32,000 nucleotides of DNA from Candidatus Kuenenia stuttgartensis (GTDB lineage Bacteria; Planctomycetota; Brocadiia; Brocadiales; Brocadiaceae). Below the pieces are notes generated by a model. It saw only the letters and a program-made list of their open reading frames with translations, was not told the DNA's origin and did not search any database. This document shows, in pieces, positions 25,208-32,000 of the stretch; position 1 is the stretch's first letter; each line of letters opens with the position of its first letter. The position numbers and the translations under genes are program-made. The stretch lies in assembly GCF_900232105.1 (NCBI RefSeq), contig NZ_LT934425.1, positions 1,080,001 through 1,112,000 of the forward strand, read 5' to 3'.

Positions 25208-26281
25208 ATGGACAAAGAAAATTTACTCCGTTTAGTGGATAGTTTGCATAGAGACAAGGAAATTGCAAAGGAAGTAGTGTTTCAGGGCATTGAAGCTGCC
25301 TTAATTACCGCAGCAAAGAAGCATTTCAGGTCACAGGAAGCCGTTTCCATACAGATAGATAGAAAAACAGGGGAAATAGTGGCTATGGAAGGAGACCGCA
25401 AAATAGACCCTTCTGAATTAGGTAGGATCACTGCCCAAACAGCCAAGCAGGTCATTATTCAAAAGATTAGGGAGGCAGAGAGGGATGTGATTTTCGAAGA
25501 TTTTTGCAAGAGGAAAGGGGTAATTGTTAGCGGTAAGGTGCAAAGGTTCGAAGGGGCTACTATGATTGTAAATTTAGGCAAAACAGAAGGTGTTTTACAA
25601 AAATCGGAACAAACGGCCAATGAACATTATACCATAGGAGAACGGGTTCGGGCAGTTATTCTTGATGTAAAAAAAGTGGGAACACGTGTAAAAATAACAC
25701 TGTCGAGAACTCATCCCGATTTTGTTCGAAAGCTTTTTGAATTAGAAGTGCCGGAAATTGCTGAAAATACTATCGAAATTAAAGCACTGGCAAGAGAAGC
25801 AGGCCAGAGGTCAAAGATTGCCGTTGCTTCAAGTGATGAGAATGTAGATTGTGTAGGCGCGTGTGTTGGAATGCGCGGGTCCCGTATCAAGAATATTGTT
25901 GATGAGTTGAATGGCGAAAAAATTGATATTATCCGGTGGAGCGAGGAGCCGGAATTGTTATTACCCAATGCTTTGAAGCCTGCGGAAGTTTCGGGAATAA
26001 TTTTATCTCCCGAAAATCGAACGGCTACAATCGTTGTTCCAAATGATCAGCTTTCTTTAGCGATAGGGAAAAGGGGGCAAAATGTGCGCCTTGCTTCAAG
26101 ACTGACTGAATGGAATATTGATATCATTACCGACGCAGAATTTGAAAAAAGGCAAAAAGCCGACGATCTTGAACTTGCAGAAGTTGCCGACGCAAATAAT
26201 GTTTCTACTAATGACCTCTCGGGGAAAAATGTTGCTGCCACGAATTCTGAATATAACGACAATGTCGAATCAAAGAGTTAA
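25208..26281 (+). CDS. nusA: Transcription termination/antitermination factor NusA
   Basis: The N-terminal domain is LLRLVDSLHRDKEIAKEVVFQGIEAAL. The S1 domain is GVIVSGKVQRFEG. Two KH domains are present (GACVGMRGSRIKNIVDEL; AIGKRGQNVRLASRLT). Confidence 0.92.
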   Translation: MDKENLLRLVDSLHRDKEIAKEVVFQGIEAALITAAKKHFRSQEAVSIQIDRKTGEIVAMEGDRKIDPSELGRITAQTAKQVIIQKIREAERDVIFEDFCKRKGVIVSGKVQRFEGATMIVNLGKTEGVLQKSEQTANEHYTIGERVRAVILDVKKVGTRVKITLSRTHPDFVRKLFELEVPEIAENTIEIKALAREAGQRSKIAVASSDENVDCVGACVGMRGSRIKNIVDELNGEKIDIIRWSEEPELLLPNALKPAEVSGIILSPENRTATIVVPNDQLSLAIGKRGQNVRLASRLTEWNIDIITDAEFEKRQKADDLELAEVADANNVSTNDLSGKNVAATNSEYNDNVESKS

Positions 26282-26330
26282 TAATGAGGAAATAAATTTA
26301 TTTTTTGGGTAATTGTTTTTGGGAATTTAA

Positions 26331-28559
26331 ATGGGAAAAGTTAGAATTAGTTCGCTTGCAAAAGAGTTAGGCATTAAAAGTAACAACTTAATTGATAAAT
26401 GCCATGAGAAAGGGTTAACGCATATCAAACACCATGCGAACACCCTTGATCCTGAACAAGTTGAAATGCTAAAAAAACTGTTCCGGCGAACTCCAAATGA
26501 TTCGGCTACAAAAAAGGAACTTAAAGTTAAAGAGGCCATTAAGGTTGATGTAAAAGAACAAAAACGAGAAGATAAGACTATATCGCAGGAAGATAAAGAA
26601 ATCAAAGCTGTTCAACCAGACAAAATTGTTAGATTTCACAAAAGCACACCTCGGCAAAAGCAATCCACGAAAGTTGCACCTTCAAAAGTATTTTGGAAGA
26701 AGAAGCAGGTTGGTGGCCCTTCACATCAAAAAAACAAGGGATGGCGTGAAAGATATGTAGAAGTTAAAAAACCTGTAGTTAAAGAACGAGAGTCGCGTGT
26801 GATTATGGAGACGCCAATTACGGTAAAGGATATATCATCTAAATTAGGAATTCGTGCAAATGAAATTATAACAAAATTGTTGCTCGAGCATAATGTACGC
26901 GCAACAATAAATCAAATCTTAAGCGAAGAAATAGTGCAATTATTAGGCTTGGAGTATAACGTAGAAATAGAAATTAAGAAAAAAGAGGCTTCGGAAGAAT
27001 ACGATTTCGTTGCGGATCAAGTATCCGCAAGAGAGGAAGATAAAGTACTTCGTGCGCCAATAGTTACCTTTTTGGGACATGTTGACCACGGAAAAACATC
27101 GTTACTGGATTGTATTCGCAAGACGAAAGTTGCAGAAGGGGAGGTAGGCGGAATTACGCAACATATAGGCGCACACAAAGTGGAAACAAATGGCAAGCAC
27201 GTTGTGTTTCTAGATACGCCAGGACATGAAGCTTTTACCGCAATGAGGGCGAGAGGTGCAAATGTCACAGACGTAGTAGTCCTTGTGGTTGCAGCAGATG
27301 ATGGAGTGATGCCCCAGACAGAAGAGGCCATTAATCATGCTAAGGCGGCCAATGTACCAATAATTGTTGCAATTAATAAAATTGATAAGCCAAGTGCAAA
27401 TACTTTGCGAGTTAAGCAACAGCTTTCTAATTTAGATTTGATACCTGAAGAATGGAGTGGAAAAACCCCATTCGTGGAGACTTCTGCAATAACTGGAGCA
27501 GGGATTGATACATTATTTGAATTGCTTTGGTTGGAATCGGAAATACTTGAATTAAAGGCTATACCAAAGAATCCTGCAAGGGGCGTTGTCCTGGAGGCCC
27601 ATCTTAGTGAGGGAAGAGGCGTTGTCGCGAATGTAATCATTCAAGACGGAACTTTGCATCAGGGCGATATTATTCTTTGCGGAAGGACATATGGCAGGGC
27701 CCGTCTTTTAATTGATGATAAAGGGAAAGAGATAAAAGAAACAGGCCCAGCCTCGCCGGTTTCAATTTCTGATTTTTCTGATATCCCTGAGGCAGGTGAT
27801 AAGTTTTATGTAGTGAGCGATATACAAAAAGCCAGAGAAATTGCCTTGGAGAAAAGAAACAAAGACAGGGAAACTTCGCTTGCAAAACATCAACATATTA
27901 CCCTGGATAATCTTTATTCCATGATTGCAGATGGTAATGTGAAAGAAATCAAAATAATCTTAAAGGCCGATTACAAAGGCTCTGTTGAAGTATTGAAGAA
28001 GGCCCTGGATGCGCTGTCTACGAGTGAAATTAAGGTGAGGATTTTACATAGTGCTGTTGGTGGCATTACAGAGTCTGATGTACTTCTGGCAGACGCGTCT
28101 GATGCGTTAATTATCGGTTTTTATGTAACCGCAGAAGAAAAAGCGCGTTTACTGGCAGAAGAAAAAGGCGTGGAGATCAGGCTTTATAAGATTATTTATG
28201 ATGCAACTAACGAAATAAAGGCTGCAATGGAAGGAATGCTGGAACCTGAAAAAAAGGAAGTGGTATTAGGTTATGTTGAAATCAGACAGGTGTACAATAT
28301 TTCCAAATACGGTAATATTGCAGGATGTTACGTAAAATCTGGTAAAATTACAAGAAATTCACTTGTTCGTTTGATTCGCGAAAATATTATTATTTATGAT
28401 GGAAAGTTAGAGTCATTAAAAGTCATGAAAGACGATGTAAGAGAGGTGAAAGCTGGATTCGAGTGTGGTTTAAAAATAGCCAATTTCAATGATATCAAAG
28501 TTGGTGATATCGTTGAGGCATACGAAATACAAAAGATTGCCAGAACCCTTTCTGTATAA
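26331..28559 (+). CDS. infB: Translation initiation factor IF-2
   Basis: The N-terminus is [15 protein letters not shown]-domain motifs [20 protein letters not shown] and NKID are present. The C-terminal IF2 domains run through to VGDIVEAYE. Confidence 0.95.
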   Translation: MGKVRISSLAKELGIKSNNLIDKCHEKGLTHIKHHANTLDPEQVEMLKKLFRRTPNDSATKKELKVKEAIKVDVKEQKREDKTISQEDKEIKAVQPDKIVRFHKSTPRQKQSTKVAPSKVFWKKKQVGGPSHQKNKGWRERYVEVKKPVVKERESRVIMETPITVKDISSKLGIRANEIITKLLLEHNVRATINQILSEEIVQLLGLEYNVEIEIKKKEASEEYDFVADQVSAREEDKVLRAPIVTFLGHVDHGKTSLLDCIRKTKVAEGEVGGITQHIGAHKVETNGKHVVFLDTPGHEAFTAMRARGANVTDVVVLVVAADDGVMPQTEEAINHAKAANVPIIVAINKIDKPSANTLRVKQQLSNLDLIPEEWSGKTPFVETSAITGAGIDTLFELLWLESEILELKAIPKNPARGVVLEAHLSEGRGVVANVIIQDGTLHQGDIILCGRTYGRARLLIDDKGKEIKETGPASPVSISDFSDIPEAGDKFYVVSDIQKAREIALEKRNKDRETSLAKHQHITLDNLYSMIADGNVKEIKIILKADYKGSVEVLKKALDALSTSEIKVRILHSAVGGITESDVLLADASDALIIGFYVTAEEKARLLAEEKGVEIRLYKIIYDATNEIKAAMEGMLEPEKKEVVLGYVEIRQVYNISKYGNIAGCYVKSGKITRNSLVRLIRENIIIYDGKLESLKVMKDDVREVKAGFECGLKIANFNDIKVGDIVEAYEIQKIARTLSV

Positions 28560-28652
28560 CAAAAAATATTTTACAAATTTTTAGCGTATGTTTATTATAT
28601 TTGTGTCGTAAAAGACAGTAAAATCAAAAAACACTTGTATCTTGCGACTTGA

Positions 28653-28685
28653 ATACGGAGGATGATATCTCGTATGTGTTTTTTT
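28653..28685 (+). terminator. Possible intrinsic terminator after infB
   Basis: atacggag-gatgatat-ctcgtat (7 bp with one bulge) followed by gtgttttttt. The stem is modest. Confidence 0.35.
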
Positions 28686-28860
28686 AAGGATGCTATGCTT
28701 TCGTTAAACACTAAGCCAAATTCTTGTTGTCAAATGAAAGAAAGCAATATTTATCCAAGGTTACACAATAACTAAATTAATTTTAAAAAGAGAGTATATT
28801 TTGTTTGTATTTTAAAATAATTAATATCAACAATTAAATCAATTTTACCCATGCAGCGCT

Positions 28861-29184
28861 ATGAATTTGGAATTTTACAAATCTGACGATACCATAGTTG
28901 GTTTGTTGTGTGTACAATTGATTCTCCGTAATGCGAGAACTTTAAAAGAAAAACGACGTGTCATAAAAAGCTTAAAAGATCGTGTAAAAAATAATTTTAA
29001 TGTCTCAATATCGGAAACAGGTGTATTGGATAATTGTCAGTATTCTAACCTGGGAATTGCGATGGTGGGAAACGACAGACAGTACATAAACAGCACTCTT
29101 TCCAATTTAATTAATATGTTTGAATGTGCATCCTCATTTGAACTTGCCGGATACCGTATGGAATTTATGTATTCCAAGTCGTAA
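28861..29184 (+). CDS. DUF503 (YlxP-like) protein
   Basis: IVGLLCVQLILRNARTLKEKRRVIKSLKDRVKNNFNVSISE matches the DUF503 pattern, and it sits in the usual position between infB and rbfA. Confidence 0.75.
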   Translation: MNLEFYKSDDTIVGLLCVQLILRNARTLKEKRRVIKSLKDRVKNNFNVSISETGVLDNCQYSNLGIAMVGNDRQYINSTLSNLINMFECASSFELAGYRMEFMYSKS

Positions 29185-29239
29185 TAAAATGTTTCGTGGG
29201 AGTTTATTTTTATAAAAGGCGGGTTGATTACTACGGCTT

Positions 29240-29617
29240 ATGTCTAAAAGAAGAGCGGAAAGACTATCTGAATTTATTAAACAGGAAGTAAGTAAAATTA
29301 TACTTTATAAAGTAAAAGATCCAAGACTGAGCTTTATAACAGTAACCGAGGTGGATATATCAGCAGATTTGAAAAATGTAAAGGTCTATGTTTCTGTGCT
29401 TGGTAACGAATTGGAGCGGAAAAATACTATGTGTGGGCTGGATCATGCCAAAGGATTTATACAGACGGAATTGGGGTCTTGTTTGCGAATAAAATATACC
29501 CCTCACTTGAAATTTTGCCTGGATGAATTAACTGAAAAACGTAATCGTATCTTAAAAATTATTGACGAAGCTGTTCGTGGAAGTTCTGTAATTGAAAAGA
29601 ATGGATCGGAAGAATGA
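29240..29617 (+). CDS. rbfA: Ribosome-binding factor A
   Basis: RAERLSEFIKQEVSKIILYKVKDPRL.FITVTEVDISADLKNVKVYVSV is canonical RbfA. Confidence 0.9.
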   Translation: MSKRRAERLSEFIKQEVSKIILYKVKDPRLSFITVTEVDISADLKNVKVYVSVLGNELERKNTMCGLDHAKGFIQTELGSCLRIKYTPHLKFCLDELTEKRNRILKIIDEAVRGSSVIEKNGSEE

Positions 29618-30486
29618 AAACATTAAATTTTGGTTTGCCGAAAGGCAGTTTGCAAGAATCTACTATTGACATGATGAAAAAAGCGGGCTATACGGTTCGC
29701 GTCAATTCTAGGTCATATTACCCCACAATTGATGATGATGAAATAACTATAAGATTAATTAGGCCGCAGGACATGTCAAGGTTTGTGGAAAAAGGTATTA
29801 TTGATGCGGGTCTAACGGGCGCTGACTGGGTAAAAGAGGCAGGTTCCGACGTTAAAGTAGTGGTGAACCTTGTCTATGCGAAACAACAACTCACAAAGGT
29901 CAAATGGGTATTGGCCGTTCCGGAGGATTCAGAAATAAGGTCTGTGCAGGATCTAAATAATAAAAGCATTGCTACGGAGTTGGTTAATGTTACCAGACAA
30001 TATCTTGCGGAGAAAGGAATTGTCGCTGATATTGAATTTTCTCATGGTGCAACAGAAGCAAAGGCGCCTGCTTTGGTTGATGCGATCGTAGAGCTTACCG
30101 AAACAGGCAGCAGTCTCAGGGCTAATAAACTTCGAATAATAGATACAATTATGGAGTCGGCAACCCAGCTTATCACTAATCACCAGTCATGGAAAGATGA
30201 TTGGAAACGCACAAAAATAGAAAATCTTGCCATGCTTTTTGAAGGAGCAATCATTGCACGTGAAAAAGTTGGATTAAAAATGAATGTACCTGGAGATTCC
30301 CTGGAAAAGGTATTAAAACAATTGCCTGCACTGAGGAAACCCACGGTCTCGACCTTAAGCGAAGGTGCCGGCTATGCGGTTGAAACAATGGTAGATCAAA
30401 GCATCGCGAGAAACATTATTCCGGCATTAATTAGGGCAGGGGCTGAAGGAATTATTGAATATCCATTAAATAAAGTAATACTTTAA
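29614..30486 (+). CDS. hisG: ATP phosphoribosyltransferase, long form
   Basis: FGLPKGSLQESTIDMMKKAGY, DAGLTGADWV and ELTETGSSLRANKL, with a C-terminal regulatory-domain length (290 aa). The ATG overlaps the rbfA TGA (ATGA at 29614-29617). Confidence 0.88.
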   Translation: MKTLNFGLPKGSLQESTIDMMKKAGYTVRVNSRSYYPTIDDDEITIRLIRPQDMSRFVEKGIIDAGLTGADWVKEAGSDVKVVVNLVYAKQQLTKVKWVLAVPEDSEIRSVQDLNNKSIATELVNVTRQYLAEKGIVADIEFSHGATEAKAPALVDAIVELTETGSSLRANKLRIIDTIMESATQLITNHQSWKDDWKRTKIENLAMLFEGAIIAREKVGLKMNVPGDSLEKVLKQLPALRKPTVSTLSEGAGYAVETMVDQSIARNIIPALIRAGAEGIIEYPLNKVIL

Positions 30487-30706
30487 CGACCCGTAACTAT
30501 TTAACCAATTGAAGTATTATAGCACCATCATGCCACTTTCCCTGCACTTAATAGTCGCTATTTTTTAAAGAAGGCTCGATACGGACAATCGGTAGCTTTA
30601 TACGGATTCGTCGTATAGCGTATTTTCCATTAGGTAGAGGTATTGCTTCGCCAGTAGTTACTTGCTATTTTATTTAAAGCTTGCAAAGTGTAAAAAGAAA
30701 TATGAA

Positions 30707-31966
30707 ATGTTTTGTAAATCATTTACCATTATTGTTTTATCCGTAATTATCTTCTTTCTGGAGTTTTTGGGATGTAGTAATGTTACCATTAGGAAAAATT
30801 CTCCCACATCCGGAGAAGGGGTATTTCTACACTTAAAAAGAATGGAAGATGCGTTTTCCTACTTTAGTGCGGGGTACTTTTTTTTACTAGAGAGAAATTG
30901 GGAAATGGCTGCTGATAATTTTGAAAAGGCGAATGAAATAGACCCCAATTCTGAGAGGGTCATAAAGCATTTGGCTACCTGTTATTTTCAATTAGGCAAG
31001 AATGAAAAAGCTATAAATGCCCTCGAAAAACTTGCGAATCAAACCCCACAGGAATTCAGCCTTCATTACACACTGGCCACTCTCTACGAAGCAGTTGACA
31101 GAAAGAAAGAGGCAATTTCGGAATATGAATATGCCAGAAAATGTAAAATTACCAAACTGGACGAAGTTTTTCTGGCAGACTCCCTCTATCGGCTTGCAAA
31201 TATTTATATAGAACTGGGCATGATAGAAAAAAGTGCGGAGTGTTTTAAAACCATGTTTAATATGAACATTATTGCCCGCCCGGCAAAGTTTCATTATGAA
31301 ATTGGGTTAAAATACTTTGAGAAAAACATTGTTGATATGGCGCTGGAACATTTTTTGAAAGCAAAAAAATATGATCCGGAACTAACTTTTTCGAGTTTTT
31401 ATATAACACTATGTTATGATATTTTAAATGATCATGATACTGCTGTTGAAGAAGCGAAGGAATTTCTTCTTAAAGAACCTGAAAACTGGATAATGCGCCT
31501 TACACTCTCTGAAATTTATGAGAAATTGGGAAAAAAAACGGAAAGAAATGGAGAAATAGAAAAAATTAAGGAAATTCTCGAAAACAACATAGAGATAGGC
31601 AGCAGGAATCCAAGAGAATATTTTTTACTCTGTCAGATATATAGCAGCCAGAATAACATTGACGAAGCGACAAAAACAATTGAAAAAATGAGATTGTTAC
31701 CATTAGAAGCAGAAACAGAAAAAGATGTTCACTTTATGTTGGCCAATCTTTATTACCAATGTCAAAAATATGATACGGTGGAAAAAGAATTGCGTTTGGC
31801 CATAAAGATAGACCCTGATTTTCACGAAGCCAATAATTTCCTTGGATATTTTTTTGCGGAAAATAACAGAAATATTGACGAGGCAATTACATTAATCAAT
31901 AGAGCCCTTGACTCTCAACCAAAAAATGGCGCGTATCTTGATCAGCTTGGGTTGGGCATACTATAA
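30707..31966 (+). CDS. TPR-repeat protein, possible lipoprotein; reading frame apparently broken by a 1-nt frameshift at 31949-31951
   Basis: ATG 30707 gives MFCKSFTIIVLSVIIFFLEFLGCSN, a signal with a loose lipobox. Multiple TPR-like units follow. The frame ends ...NGAYLDQLGLGIL*, while the +1 frame from 31953 reads WAYYKKAQIEERDDYL to the window end. That continuation is the expected TPR motif (LG-WAYYKK). Confidence 0.7.
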   Translation: MFCKSFTIIVLSVIIFFLEFLGCSNVTIRKNSPTSGEGVFLHLKRMEDAFSYFSAGYFFLLERNWEMAADNFEKANEIDPNSERVIKHLATCYFQLGKNEKAINALEKLANQTPQEFSLHYTLATLYEAVDRKKEAISEYEYARKCKITKLDEVFLADSLYRLANIYIELGMIEKSAECFKTMFNMNIIARPAKFHYEIGLKYFEKNIVDMALEHFLKAKKYDPELTFSSFYITLCYDILNDHDTAVEEAKEFLLKEPENWIMRLTLSEIYEKLGKKTERNGEIEKIKEILENNIEIGSRNPREYFLLCQIYSSQNNIDEATKTIEKMRLLPLEAETEKDVHFMLANLYYQCQKYDTVEKELRLAIKIDPDFHEANNFLGYFFAENNRNIDEAITLINRALDSQPKNGAYLDQLGLGIL

Positions 31967-32000
31967 AAAAGCGCAAATAGAAGAAAGAGATGATTATTTA

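Noticed and set aside
26327-27885. Several minus-strand ORFs inside infB, and similar antisense ORFs inside nusA, the GT genes, cytochrome b and others
   Set aside because: They are antisense shadows of confidently identified genes, with no motifs or start-site signals.
1-32000. Search for mobile elements, prophage, defence or toxin-antitoxin systems
   Set aside because: No integrase, transposase, recombinase, nuclease/helicase/NTPase defence-type or small paired TA-like ORFs were seen. The two tRNA genes have no flanking direct repeats or integrase. The window reads as core chromosome.

Overview
This is a 32-kb chromosomal segment from a visibly AT-rich bacterium (GC not computed). It is densely packed with housekeeping, respiratory and cell-envelope genes. 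I found no integrase, transposase, CRISPR array, rRNA or recognisable defence or toxin genes.

Gene order, left to right:
- Minus strand: a partial activase/2-hydroxyacyl-CoA-dehydratase-type fusion that is open at the window edge and missing from the ORF track; a 129-aa membrane mini-protein resembling helices X-XII of haem-copper oxidase subunit I; CvpA; an AsmA-like protein; archaeal-type phosphoglycerate mutase ApgM.
- A 700-bp repeat-rich spacer.
- Minus strand: two-subunit class I fumarase plus an orphan 2-oxoacid:ferredoxin oxidoreductase gamma-like gene.
- A 640-bp divergent spacer carrying the same repeat families.
- Plus strand, 8001-15927: a six-gene island of glycosyltransferases with no obvious membrane segment (TPR-GT4, two CgeB-like, WecB, two tandem GT2-TPR paralogues).
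- Minus strand: CcsB, CcsA, a parvulin lipoprotein, tRNA-Leu(UAA), tRNA-Cys(GCA), a cytochrome b fused to a dihaem cytochrome c, a Rieske protein, a YceI-like protein, PyrF, TrpG/PabA.
- Plus strand: an orphan promoter-to-terminator unit, nusA, infB, DUF503, rbfA, hisG, and a TPR lipoprotein gene with an apparent 1-nt frameshift near the window end.

The gene content (Rieske/cytochrome b-dihaem c fusion, System II CcsAB, ApgM, split fumarase) and the short junk-ORF-type intergenic repeats remind me of anaerobic planctomycetes of the Brocadiales (Kuenenia-like). That is inference from memory, not a search result.

I do not see a clear-cut novel multi-gene system. The best candidates for follow-up are:
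1. the self-contained TPR-rich glycosyltransferase island, which lacks any lipid-carrier or export gene;
2. three intergenic repeat families, including a 112-bp element placed in the same orientation upstream of two operons, and a 34-bp perfect inverted repeat;
3. the oxidase-fragment-like mini-protein that appears co-transcribed with the activase fusion;
4. an orphan promoter/terminator unit upstream of nusA.

All alignments and motif calls were made by eye.
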